A stretch of 64,000 nt of DNA from an uncultured Verrucomicrobiae bacterium (GCA_963815455.1 CAWFGO010000003.1:352001-416000); one strand, 5' to 3'; shown: positions 24,403-35,341, numbered from the stretch's first letter. The notes: generated by a model from the letters alone, not told the origin. Translations and numbers: made by a program.

Positions 24403-26259
24403 AGAGGTTCGCTCTCGCCAAAGAATTGTTCGGCCCAGATTTCGAAAGCAACGATGGCATGGAGTTTCCGGCCGAAATTGCGGCGGCCGGAAACATGGGA
24501 GTGGACAAAGCGCTGAACTGTGTCGGCATTCAGCAAGCCGCGCTTGACGAATTCTTGACGAAGATGTGTAACGTTCGAGGATATGGCGAAGTGGTCCGCG
24601 GTACCAGTCGTTGACCGGCATCCCGAACCCATGTTTCGGCCGTTCGAACAAACTGGCGCGGCATTCGTTTGGCCAGCATCTGTTTCAACAAGAACTTTCC
24701 TGGACGCGCCCGACACGCAATTTGCAACGCCGCGGTCACGAAGTTCTGATCCAATAAAGGATTTCGCACTTCCAACCCGTGGGCCATGCTGGCCCGATCC
24801 ACTTTGGCCAGAATATCGCCGGTAAGATACGTCTCCATGTCGGTGATCATGAAACGCTCGAGCGGAGGAAATGCTGGGCGGCGGTTCCAGGCCAATGAAA
24901 AGCATCCGACTTGGCTCGGGTTCGAACGTCCGGATCAACCGCGGCTTCCAACTCCGACTCTTTCCACAGAGTCGAGAGCCAGCGCGCCACGGCCTCGTCG
25001 TTAGGGGCGGCCAGCGCCTCCAGGCGTTTTAGATGGCGTCTCCTCCTCTTGAACCAAAAGAGAAGAGCAGCCTTTCGGGCCGGAGCCGGGAGAAGGCGTC
25101 TCACTCGTTGAGCTGCCGTGAATTGCCGATACTTGTGTAACCGCAGAACAGTTCGTCTCCGCCGTCACCGGACAGCGCAACTGTGACTTCACGGCGGGTC
25201 TCGCGCGAAATCAAAAAAGTCGGCAGAAATGAATCGTCACCAATCGGCTCCGGGGTTCTTTCGAAAATGTCCACGAATTCATCGATGACCGATTGAGGAT
25301 TGATCATGATCTCGTGATGCTCGGTCCCAAGATGTCGCGCGATCTCCGCTGCGTGGCGGCCTCGTTCATCGAAGAATTTTCAAAGCCAACCGTGTAGGTT
25401 TTGAGCCGACCTGGGAACAAGCTCCTGGGCATGGGCCGCGACCAGACTCGAATCGATTCCTCCGCTCAAAAAGCAGCCTAGCGGCACGTCGCTGATCAAT
25501 CGGCAGGCAACCGCATCGTGCAGCGGCGCCTCCAGATTCTCCGCCGCAGTGCAAGATCGACATTGTCCTTCCGCGCGGGAGGATCTTCTGGAAGCGCCCA
25601 AAACGAATGCAGAGATCAATCCCTCGCGGTTCAAAATTCCAAAGTGCCCAGCGGGCAATTGCTTCACTTCCTTCAAAATCGTTCGCGGACTTTGGACATA
25701 TCCAAACTCGATATATTCGCAGAAGGCGGACGGAGAAATCGACAGGATCAAGTCTGGACACGGCGAAACACCGTGAGCTCGGAGCCAAAAACGAAACGGC
25801 CTGCATTCTCCGCAAAAAAGAACGGCTTTTTCCCAAGTCGATCGCGGCCGAAGACAAGCTGCTGCTTCGGTTCGTCCCAGATCGCAAAGGCAAACATGCC
25901 GCGCAGTTTCTCGAAGATCCCTTCGCCCCAGCTTTCGTAGCCGTGCAGCAAGACTTCAGTGTCGCTGCGGCTTTTGAAATTGTGGCCTGACTTTTCCAGC
26001 TCCTTGCGAAGTTCGGCGAAAATTGTAAATTTCGCCATTGAAAATGACTTTCAGATCGCCGGTCTCATTCGACATCGGCTGCGCGGCCAATGGCGAAAGA
26101 TCGATGATCCGCAAGCGGCGATGGGCGAATCCGCAGATCTGGTTGCGCCAAATACTCCCTTCGTCCGGCCCGCGATGAGCGAGCGTTTGTTCCATCGCCC
26201 GCAAAATGGCCGCATCCGGTGGCGTTTCCCAACTCGACGTAACCGGCGATGCCGCACAT
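24399..26259 (-). CDS. asnB: Asparagine synthase-like glutamine amidotransferase (probably glycan amidation), frameshifted
   Basis: MCGIAG, HRGPD, FNGEIYNF, GRDRLGKKP, LSGGIDSS, SGDGGDELF and KVDRASMAHGLEVR motifs. Confidence 0.9.
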
Positions 26260-26261
26260 CT

Positions 26262-27500
26262 TATGTTGTAGCCGCGGGCGCTGACCGTGGCTCCGGAGAT
26301 CTTTTCTGCTGGGACTTTCCGTGGCACGACGACTATCGTAAACCGCTTCGATCTTCTTCACCATTTCCGACAGACTGAAATTTCTCGGCGATTCGCTCCC
26401 GCCCGGCGGCGCCCATTTTTCGACGCAGCTCCGGGTCGTTGGCCAGAAGCTCGATTCTCTCGGCCAGCGTTTCGGATCCGCCGGCGGAACCAGAAATCCG
26501 GTCACGCCTTCAACCACTTGATCAAGCGAGCCGCCAAGATTGGTCGCAATCACGGGAAGCCCCATCGACATCGCCTCCATCACGACACCGCCAAACGGTT
26601 CCGGATAAGCGGAAGGCAAAACAAAAATATCCATGCTGGCATAGGCAGGTTTCGCATCGGCCACTTCACCCGTAAAAATGATTTGATCTTCGACGTCCAG
26701 TTCGCGGGCCAGCTCCTTGAGTCGTTCCAAATGAATTTCGTTGCCCGGAAAGGGCGAGCCCACAATGAGAATCTTCGAGATAATCCCGCGCGTTTTCAGC
26801 AGATGCGCGGCTTGAATCAGATGTTCCTGGCCTTTGCGTCCCCATTTAATTCGCCCGACGCAGCCGGTAACAAGATCGTTCTCGCCAATGTCCAAACTGT
26901 TGCCGAAATTCGGCATCGCGCGTTTGACGGCATGGCGAATTCATCGAGCGAAAAGCCATTGTGAATGACGACTACTTTGCTGCGATCGGAAAATTGCGCA
27001 GCAGTGGCATTCGAGACCGCAATAATTCTGTCGCGCAACCATTCGGATATACCTCGAGTAAATTTTCCAGAGCCACGGCGCGCGCCTTCGCGGAACGATT
27101 CGCGAATGTGCCAGACATGCGGAACGCCGGCCAGCTTGGCCGCCAGCCCGGGGCTGAGAATGACTCCGGTGTTGGTATGCACCAGATCGATATTTTCCTT
27201 TCGGATGAGCTTGAACAGCCGCCGGACCGAAAGTGGCAACCGGTAGACAAGAGTGCCAATCCAGGAGGCGTAGCGCGAGATGATGGCCAGCGATGGATCG
27301 ACAATCACTCTGACCCAGTTTTCGATCATCGCCGCAAAGCGTCCATCCTCGGGAATCACCACCACTGCATTGGCGCGCTGCGATACCGGAACCTCGAAGA
27401 AGCCGAGCCAACGAACGACTCGCCCCGTAGATATCGGCGCTGTTATGCACATAAAGAATCCGGCGGGCGTCGCGGCCGGCAGGCTCGATGAGAGAGAGCA
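26262..27500 (-). CDS. GT4 glycosyltransferase, frameshifted
   Basis: ILYVHNSADIYGASRSL, HVWHIRE and PEPFGGVVMEAMSMGLP motifs. Ends approximate. Confidence 0.8.
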
Positions 27501-28612
27501 AAGGATCGAGCAGCCAATGCTCCGCTCCATTCTTCCCGATAGCGCTCTTCGAAAATCGAGCGATTGACCTCGCCCCATTCCTGCCATTCGGCGCGCTGCG
27601 CCAAAGCTTCCTCCAAAGCCGCCGCGATATCCCGCGACAAGGGAAGAAGAAACCGGAAAACGGATCGCGCCCGCACGCTGAAGTCAGCACGTCCGAATTT
27701 CCTCGCCATTGCTGGCGACGATCGGCAATTTCCAGGCCATCGCTTCGGCCAGGACAAGTCCAAACGATTCGTAGGGCGCGATCGTCGGGAAAACAAAAAG
27801 GTCTGCGCGACCAAACGCTTCCGCTTTGGCGCGTCCAATGAAAAGGCCCGAAACGCGAACGTGGAGCGAATGCCGAACTCGATCGATTAGTCTTCTCCAG
27901 AAGTTCCGAAGTAAAAGGCGGCAGACATTCCCCCACCAGTTCCAATTCGAGTTCTGGATGATCCCGCCGCAACGCCGCGAATGCTGCCAGAAGCTGGGGC
28001 GTGCCTTTGTCGGCGCAAAGATGTCCCATATGCAACAGCCGCACGACCGACCATCTCCGCCTCGACGCACCAACGTCGGATCGAAATCGTCGACTTATCC
28101 GCCAGGGATAACGAAAGTTCGATTGATACCGACGGCCTCGCGGATCGCGCAGGCCGAACTCGGTCATGACAATCGCGGCAAACGCCTTGCTATAGATCAC
28201 TCGCGTCAGCCGCGCGATAATGCCGCCAGCCTCCAGTTGATCGGCGATCCCGGCAGCGTGAAAATGCAAAACCACCTGTCGCGAAAACAGAAGAATCAAC
28301 GGCAAAAGAAGCAGGTCGCGGATCATGGCCGGCCGTTTGCGGTCCGCCGGTTGGAAACAGGAGGATGTCGATCGGCCCGCCCATGCGAATGCGAAAGAGC
28401 CGTCCCATCACCCGAAGCAACTCAAACGCCTTGCCCGGATGACTGCTGCGAGCGCGTTTGAGCTCGGGGGTAAAGAAAAACGGCAGATGCACCGTTTGGC
28501 AGCGATCGGACTGCACGAATTGCGCGATCGCCTTCTCGATCATAAGGTTCTGTCCTCCAAACGGTGGAGGAACCTGACCCGCCACGACCACTCTCGGTTT
28601 GCGCAATGACAT
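27490..28612 (-). CDS. GT4 glycosyltransferase, frameshifted
   Basis: GQVPPPFGGQ, VLHFHAAG and ESFGLVLAEAMAWKLP motifs. Confidence 0.8.
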
Positions 28613-28700
28613 GAAACTTAGGCAACCATTTACCGGAATTGGCCGGTTATTCGACCTGTTTCCTCGGCGAAGACATTCCGCTGGAACGGTTGATTGGACA

Positions 28701-29696
28701 ATGAGGATTCTGATTACCGGCGGGTCCGGATTCATCGGCACGAACGTAATCGAAGGGTTTTCGAAGGATGCGGCGGCCCTTCTCAATTACTCTGTTCATC
28801 GCACCGCTCAATCCTGAGCAAATGTCATACTGGCGAGCAGGAGATATTCTGGATGCTGCCGCGACCACAGCCGTCTTCAGGGAGTTTCGGCCCGATCGAG
28901 TTCTGCATCTGGCGGCCCGGGCCGAATGCGACGAGAAAACAACTGTCGAGGAAGGTTATCGGGCAAATACCGAAGGCACGCGCAATGTTCTGGAGGCGAT
29001 TCGGGCGACGCCCTTCCGTTGAGCGAGTGATCATTACTTCATCGCAATTCGTTTGCGCTCCCGGGCGGTTGCCAGAAAACGACACCGATTATTTTCCGGA
29101 AACCGTTTATGGCCAAAGCAAAGTCGTTACCGAAAAATTGACACGCGAGGCGAATTTGCCGTGTTGCTGGACGATTATCCGGCCAACCAATATCTGGGGA
29201 CCATGGCACATGCGTTACCGGCGCGAGTTCTGGCGCGTGGTGGAGCGCGGCCTTTACGTGCATCCCGGTCGCGAGCCGGTGATCCGCTGCTACGGTTACG
29301 TGAAGAATGTCGCGCATCAGATCCGGAAAATTTTCGAAGCCGATGTCGATCTTGTCCGCGGCCAGACGTTTTATCTCGGTGATCGGCCGACGAATCTCTA
29401 CGACTGGACCAACGGCTTTTCCCGAGCGCTGCGCGGACGCGATGTGCTGGTCGTGCCGCGTCCACTGATGCGTACCCTTGCTCTGTTAGGAGACATCCCG
29501 AGTTCGCTAATGGGAAAATCTTTTTTGATTAACAGCTCCCGTTTCCGAAGCATGACGACGGATTACCAAACTCCGATGGAACGAACATTCGAGCTTGTTC
29601 GGCGAAAATCCCTATACGCTGGAGGCTGGAATCGAAGAGACAGTCAACTGGCTCAAATCTTACCAGGGCGACAACGATTCCGGCGGCGGTTTCTAA
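28701..29696 (+). CDS. NAD-dependent epimerase/dehydratase (extended SDR), frameshifted
   Basis: MRILITGGSGFIG, HLAA, YGQSK and RPTNIWGP motifs. Confidence 0.85.
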
Positions 29697-30439
29697 TGCA
29701 TGCCGTTGTAAACCTCATCCTGTCGCATCAGTCAGCGTCTGCTGTGGCAAAGATGCTCGATCATTGGAAGGGTTCGGTGCCCGGCGCAAGCATTGTTGTC
29801 GCTTACGGCGGCACAAAGAGTGGCTTCGAGGCGGTCGAGCACGAGGGCAAATTCTTTGTGGACGATCCACGATTGCGAACACGCGATCACCAGCGGGAAC
29901 TTCAAAGCTATACACGACTGTTTCAGTCTGCCGCAGAATTTTTGAAAGCCCGAGGCAGCGATTTTCACTTCGTCCATTTCGCCGAATACGATCACCTGCC
30001 GCTGGTCGAGAATTTGAACGAACGCCAGATCGAACGCTTGAATGCTGAACGCGCCGATCTGCTCGCATTCCACGTGCATCGTGTGGACGACACCAACAAT
30101 CCGCATTTTCTCTATCACGCCGCGGACGAAAGATTCATGAAACACTGGGCCGACATCACCCGTCGCGCAGAACCGGAGGTGGTGTTGTCGATGTTCGGCA
30201 GCGGAAGTTTTTGGACTCGCGAGGCGTTCCTGGCCATGTGCGCAGTTGACGAACCATTTCCGATTTACATGGAGCTGTATTTGCCCACGCTCGTTCATCA
30301 TCTCGGGTTTCGGGTCCGCGATTTTGGCGACCAGAACCGATTCGTTCGCGTTTTGAAAGACGAGACTGACTATGTTGACCAGGCCCGCAAAGAAGGCGCG
30401 TGGACTTTGCACCCGGTCAAGCGATTGTGGGACAAGTGA
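29696..30439 (+). CDS. Hypothetical protein, possibly a GT-A-like fold
   Basis: TAATG coupling with the upstream gene; MHAVVNLILSH...FAEYDH...ELYLPT...LHPVK. Confidence 0.7.
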   Translation: MHAVVNLILSHQSASAVAKMLDHWKGSVPGASIVVAYGGTKSGFEAVEHEGKFFVDDPRLRTRDHQRELQSYTRLFQSAAEFLKARGSDFHFVHFAEYDHLPLVENLNERQIERLNAERADLLAFHVHRVDDTNNPHFLYHAADERFMKHWADITRRAEPEVVLSMFGSGSFWTREAFLAMCAVDEPFPIYMELYLPTLVHHLGFRVRDFGDQNRFVRVLKDETDYVDQARKEGAWTLHPVKRLWDK

Positions 30440-30703
30440 TGCGCAAATTTATCCGCGCCGTTCGGCTCTAAAATCGCACAAGCGATCGGCACCCCGATTA
30501 AAGATTTTCAGTCGGGACGAAAAATCGGCCGGGCGCTCATCATCCCGTGGCGCGGCAAAATTCACGTGATCGGACTGAACGCGGCCGTGCGTCCGATGTT
30601 TCAGCCGCAAAAACGCCTGACCTATTGGAAGCAGGAGATCGTCTTCACCGAACACGAGCAGCCCGATTTTCCTCGGGAACGGGGCAATGCAGCGAAAGAC
30701 TAG
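30439..30703 (+). CDS. Small hypothetical protein (about 87 aa, one frameshift near 30465)
   Basis: TGATG coupling; translates as ...GRALIIPWRGKIHVIGL...QKRLTYWKQEIVF...PDFP. Confidence 0.5.
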
Positions 30704-30823
30704 GTAGATCGTGATCTCCGAGCGCGATGTTAAGTCAAAAGTTGCACAGCGGCTCAAATTTGATCGCTTCGCGATTCAGTTTTTGCCAACGCGCCCGGAG
30801 GTCGCGTTCCACCTTCGAGTGCC

Positions 30824-31501
30824 TCAGAGCAGCGGGGTACCGTCAGGGCGCGTCAGTTTTGGCGCGAGTTCCTGGATAAATTGCTCGATCATCTCCGCCG
30901 TTTGTTCCTCGGTGCGTCCCGACAGCGGCACGTTTGTCGCAATCGTCACATAAGCCCAACGTTGGGCCTGCCCGCGCAAGATTCGATCGCGAATGTCAAT
31001 CCCGGTCCGGACTAGGTGCGAAGAGGTCATCTCCCTGGCGCCGACGAACCAGTAGTAATCCAAATTGTGCAGCAGGCCCTGCGATTTATCCGGCAGGTCG
31101 ATCGGATGAACGTTATGCAGTTTTGTTATCACCAACGGCTTTCCGTTAATGGACAACTCCTGTTTCTCGGCGCCCTGAATGCTCCAGCCCTGCGCCACTA
31201 AGCATCGTTCCGGCCGATGGATGCTGCTAGTCATGTCGTCGCCCGACATGATGATCGACGCAAAAATTTGCTGGCCATCAGGCCCAGAGTACGTCTTCCG
31301 CGCAAACTGTGTGTCTTTGGCCAAAACCTCGCGCTCGCGCTCTGTAATCGGGGCGTCTGCTCCAACCCATCGACCGACCACAGTGGGAAGCGCGATGGCA
31401 ATGCCCACCGGCGTGCTGGTGCTCGAATGCGGCAAAGCAAAGATCGAGACGAATCCCGCAAGCAAGACAATTTGAACGCTCAGAAGCCGCCTAGTAATCA
31501 T
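30824..31501 (-). CDS. epsI: EpsI-family exosortase-associated protein
   Basis: Adjacent to exosortase; SIHRPERCLVAQGW and YYWFVG motifs. Confidence 0.85.
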   Translation of the reverse strand: MITRRLLSVQIVLLAGFVSIFALPHSSTSTPVGIAIALPTVVGRWVGADAPITEREREVLAKDTQFARKTYSGPDGQQIFASIIMSGDDMTSSIHRPERCLVAQGWSIQGAEKQELSINGKPLVITKLHNVHPIDLPDKSQGLLHNLDYYWFVGAREMTSSHLVRTGIDIRDRILRGQAQRWAYVTIATNVPLSGRTEEQTAEMIEQFIQELAPKLTRPDGTPLL

Positions 31502-32450
31502 ACGATACTTTCTCTTTTTCGGCCGCGAGCTGTTTCAACCGCGCCGGTTGGAGGTCGAGCAACTTTCCAAAGAGCATCATTGCCGCAATGGCGAAGGGAA
31601 ATGACAAGAAGCCGAGGAAAATGTGAAACTGCCCACCGGCAAATTCCTGTCCAAAGAAACGGCCCGTCACGAAGATCGACACCAGACGACCCGCGTTGCC
31701 AATGATGGCGAACAAGAGCGAGCCGGCAAACAGGGCCAGCTTCTTCCACAACCGGTTCTGGGTGAAATGTCCGTAAATGGCCGAAATCATCGCGATGGCC
31801 ATGAGCGAACGAATCCCGCTGCAGCCCTCGTCCACTTCGAATCTGAACGCGTTGTCCGTGGCCTGCACAACCGCGCCGATATTGTGCACGTGAATCCCGA
31901 TCAAATTGCAGATCGCGCTGGCCAGGCCCGTCTCGATTAATTGTAATTTCGCCGTGGCCTGCGTGAGAAAATTCAACGGCACCATGAACAACAGAAAGGC
32001 GATCGGAAAAAGCAAAACGCGCGCGACCGACCTCCCCCACACGTAAAGAACCATTCCAAAAAGCAGGAACGGCAGGGCCGGCAACGCAAGCCGCGCCTGC
32101 AGCGTGCGAGCGCCGGCGAAAAACAGAAAGAGACCGAGCGCAATGAACAACCAGCCCCAGCGGGACGAACCCGATGGCGCGTTTTTCAATTTGTCCCAGT
32201 CCCACCAAACCAGGAACGCAACGATGAATGGGATCAGCCACGCGTGCTCGTAGTTCGTCTCGGAATTCCACGATCGCGCCGCCCACACCATGGTGGAATC
32301 GCTACCGTTGTTGAAGAGACGGACGAACCCGAAAAAATAGGCGAGCGTGGCGACAATCGTTAGAAGCAGAGCCACCGCAAACGGATTGCGCTTCATCCAG
32401 TCCGACATCGTTTGAAACCAAGTCACCTGCGCTTTTGAATCTGCAGTCAT
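31491..32450 (-). CDS. epsH: Exosortase (EpsH family)
   Basis: Multi-TM; YEHAWLIP; candidate catalytic Cys (VDEGCSGIRS), Arg (NAGR) and His (FH). Confidence 0.9.
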   Translation of the reverse strand: MTADSKAQVTWFQTMSDWMKRNPFAVALLLTIVATLAYFFGFVRLFNNGSDSTMVWAARSWNSETNYEHAWLIPFIVAFLVWWDWDKLKNAPSGSSRWGWLFIALGLFLFFAGARTLQARLALPALPFLLFGMVLYVWGRSVARVLLFPIAFLLFMVPLNFLTQATAKLQLIETGLASAICNLIGIHVHNIGAVVQATDNAFRFEVDEGCSGIRSLMAIAMISAIYGHFTQNRLWKKLALFAGSLLFAIIGNAGRLVSIFVTGRFFGQEFAGGQFHIFLGFLSFPFAIAAMMLFGKLLDLQPARLKQLAAEKEKVSYDY

Positions 32451-32462
32451 TAAAGAAACGAA

Positions 32463-33476
32463 TCAGCGACTGGCCGTAGCCGCGGCGCCCGATTGAACCC
32501 GCCCCGCGTTAGGCGCCATTTGATCGTAGATCCAGCGATAGGTTTGCTCGAGCCCGTCGCGCAAACGGGTGGACGGTTCCCAGCCAAAGATTTTACGGAT
32601 CAAAGTGTTATCGCTATTGCGGCCATTCACGCCTTTCGGAGCCGAAAGATTGTAACTCCGTTTCAATTTCACGCCGGCGATCTCCTCCACGATATCGACC
32701 AGCTGATTGATCGAGACCAGCTCGCTGCTCCCGAGATTAAGAGGATTGACATGGTCGCCTCCGAGAATCGTTTGTGTGCCCTTCACGCAGTCGTGGATCC
32801 ACATGAAGCTGCGGGTCTGTTTCCCATCGCCCCAGATTTCGATCTCATGGTTACCCGAAAGTTTCGCCTCAATGACTTTGCGACAAATGGCGGCCGGCGC
32901 TTTCTCGCGGCCACCGTCGTAGGTTCCGTTTGGACCGTAAACGTTGTGATAACGCGCGACCCGCGTCGCCACTCCGAAATCTTCGCGGTAATGCCGGCAC
33001 ATTCGTTCGCTGAACAATTTTTCCCAGCCGTAACCATCCTCCGGCATGGCCGGATAAGCGTCTTCCTCCTTGAGCGCGGTCACATTTGGATCGGTCTGTT
33101 TATCGGCGGCGTAAACGCAGGCTGAAGATGCATAAAAGTAACGTTGCACACCGGCATCTTTCGCCGCCATCAACAGATGCGTGTTGATGAGCACGCTCAA
33201 CATGCAAAGCGCTTTGTTGTTCTCGATGAAACCCATGCCGCCCATGTCGGCTGCGAGATTGTAAACAATCGCCGCGTCGCGAACGGCTTGTTCGCAGGCC
33301 GATTTTTCGCACAGATCGAGCTGCCGGTTTTCCGCATCGGCAAAGACCTGGAACCATTCGTCGATCGGTTTGATATCGATCGCTCGAACGTCCTTCCCTT
33401 GACGCAAAAGGTCGGCCACGAGATGTCCGCCGATAAACCCCCCCGCGCCGCCAACAACGATTTTCCCCGAAGCCAT
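32463..33476 (-). CDS. NAD-dependent epimerase, GDP-mannose 3,5-epimerase-like
   Basis: GAGGFIG, NLAADMGGMGFI, ASSACVY, YGWEK and GGREKAPAAICRK motifs. Confidence 0.85.
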   Translation of the reverse strand: MASGKIVVGGAGGFIGGHLVADLLRQGKDVRAIDIKPIDEWFQVFADAENRQLDLCEKSACEQAVRDAAIVYNLAADMGGMGFIENNKALCMLSVLINTHLLMAAKDAGVQRYFYASSACVYAADKQTDPNVTALKEEDAYPAMPEDGYGWEKLFSERMCRHYREDFGVATRVARYHNVYGPNGTYDGGREKAPAAICRKVIEAKLSGNHEIEIWGDGKQTRSFMWIHDCVKGTQTILGGDHVNPLNLGSSELVSINQLVDIVEEIAGVKLKRSYNLSAPKGVNGRNSDNTLIRKIFGWEPSTRLRDGLEQTYRWIYDQMAPNAGRVQSGAAATASR

Positions 33477-33545
33477 GCGCAATGAGCCACTATTGTGGCC
33501 GACTGACGCGATTCTGGCAACAGGTAGTTTCCTTGGATTCCCCGC

Positions 33546-33625
33546 TGTAGCCGCTTCCCTGTGGGAAGCGCAACCAATGCTAGCCACACATCGTCCCCTG
33601 CGTCGCCCACAGGGCGACGGCTACA
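33546..33625. repeat. REP doublet (REPIN) downstream of the RAYT
   Basis: TGTAGCCGCTTCCCTGTGGGAAGCG ... CGTCGCCCACAGGGCGACGGCTACA. Confidence 0.9.
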
Positions 33626-33629
33626 TTAT

Positions 33630-34095
33630 TCAGAAACGATCGATAACAATAATCTCGCCCGCATAAGGCCAGTCTCCGGACTTGTTTACCAACCCCGCTC
33701 GAGTTGGATTTTCCCGAACATCACTCCCATTTCCGAGCATAACTTTCCTGATTGCGCAGCAAATGATCAAAAAAACCTCGTTGCCATATTGGCTGCAGGT
33801 TCTTGGACTGAGCGATTTCCTTGGCAAGATGCTGTTTCAACAAGCCGATCCAGCGCCCCAAGTCAAAATCGTCCGGTCCGCAGACAAAAAGATGCAAATG
33901 ATCAGGCATGATCACGTACCGGCCGACGGCGATGTTGTAATCTGAGTAGGCCCGAAGACTGAATGCTTCGAACGCAGTATGAACCGCGTGTAGTGCCAGC
34001 AGTCTTCTGCGTTGGTGCGTACAGAATGTGACAAAGAAAACGGGATTATCCGAAAAGATACGCGGAAGCCGCGGTGGAAGCTTCGGGTAATCCAT
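33630..34095 (-). mobile_element. REP-associated tyrosine transposase (RAYT/TnpA-REP, Y1 HUH), frameshift near 33725
   Basis: FFVTFCT, VIMPDHLH (HUH), WQRGFFDHLLR and VRENPTRAGLV..WPY motifs; REP doublets on both sides. Confidence 0.9.
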
Positions 34096-34109
34096 AATCG
34101 AATGTCCGC

Positions 34110-34190
34110 TGTAGCCGCTTCCCTGTGGGAAGCGCAACGAAATTCACTACACACCGTGCGTCCCGCGTCGCCCACAGGGCGACGGCTACA
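34110..34190. repeat. REP doublet (REPIN) upstream of the RAYT; supplies the stop codon of the WecB/TagA gene
   Basis: Same two 25-mers as at 33546-33625 with a different spacer. Confidence 0.9.
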
Positions 34191-34954
34191 GGTCGTATTT
34201 TCGCATCCCGAGCAGTTGGGCCGCAGCTCGGACTACGAACAATGGATTATTCACCAGATAGCGCTTCGCCAGGCGTTGCGGTTCCTGGGTCAGTCGAAAC
34301 AGCCATTCCAATCCCGATCGTTGCATCCACGCGGCGCCTGGCGGATGCGTCCCGTCAACAAATCGAAGGCCGCTCCCACTCCGATGAAAATTTTCACTTC
34401 CGGCAGGATCGACATGTATTGGGCCATAAACCGCTCCTGCTTCGGCGTGCTCAGGCCGACCCAGAAAAAATCCGGACGCGTCTCGCGCACGCGCCGTTGC
34501 AGTTCGCTCACTTCAATCACATTCAGTTGACGAAATGGCGGACTGAAAGTGCCGGCGATGTTTAATCCGCGAAAGCGCTGTTGGAGATTATCGGCAAGGG
34601 CGTCGGCCATGCCAGGCACGCCACCATAAAGAAAATGCGAGAATTTTTCCGACCCGCGAATGCTCGCACAAGATTCAGCATGAGATCCGGCCCATACACC
34701 CGCTGGATGGACGGCTTGCCCTGAAAGCGCCCCATCCAGACCATCGGCATTCCATCAGGCGTGCAAAGCAACGCCCGATTCAAAATATCGCGAAGAACCG
34801 GATCGTTTTGCGCTTCGCTGACACCGTGAACGCCGGTCACGGCCACGTAACCGCGTCGCCCCTGACGCACAGCATCAAAAAGAAATTCGCGGGCCCGATC
34901 CTGATCGATCACGCTGATGCCGACCCCAAGCACGTTTACTTTTTCGATTTCCAT
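34186..34954 (-). CDS. WecB/TagA/CpsF-family glycosyltransferase (GT26), frameshifted
   Basis: TPDGMPMVW, RVYGPDL, WVGLSTPKQE and GVGAAFD motifs. Confidence 0.9.
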
Positions 34955-34965
34955 TTGGGAGCTGA

Positions 34966-35033
34966 GTCGAGGAATCCCGCTCCGATGGCCCTGGCTCAGT
35001 CCACGGGATCCTTCGACCGCGCTCAGGATGACA
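34966..35033. repeat. Partial GTCAT-tagged palindromic element
   Basis: GTCGAGGAATCCC...GGGATCCTTCGACCGCGCTCAGGATGACA; related to 59447-59570. Confidence 0.65.
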
Positions 35034-35109
35034 GTGGTAAAGAACGAAGTCGAGAAATCCGAGAAATCCGCCATCACACTTTCCGCTCTCCCACCACCAA
35101 CCGGCACAA

Positions 35110-35317
35110 GGACAGTTTAATGGCGCATATGCAACATAAAACTGTCCACCGGGGGCCGGCCCTGGCCCGCCCGGAAGGAGCCGAAAGAGGCTCTTTACTG
35201 CGGGCCATGTCGCCCGCATAGGACGAAGACTTCGCGCAATGTGTTGCCTAAAACCTGTTCCCGCACCCAGGGCCTACAAGGACAGTTTCATGACGCATAT
35301 GCGACGCGAAAGTGTCC
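35110..35317. repeat. Two 38-bp near-perfect palindromes centred on GCATATGC, 170 bp apart
   Basis: 35110-35147 GGACAGTTTAATGGCGCATATGCAACATAAAACTGTCC; 35280-35317 GGACAGTTTCATGACGCATATGCGACGCGAAAGTGTCC. Confidence 0.75.
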
Positions 35318-35341
35318 AACGTCCCCAGGAAGTAATGGGAA

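Noticed and set aside
28694..30439. 581-aa epimerase fusion ORF
   Set aside because: Artefact of frameshifts; TAATG at 29694-29698 separates two genes.
6882..30439. Programmed frameshifting or phase variation in glycan genes
   Set aside because: Shifts are numerous and not at long homopolymers or consistent slippery sites; sequencing error is simpler.
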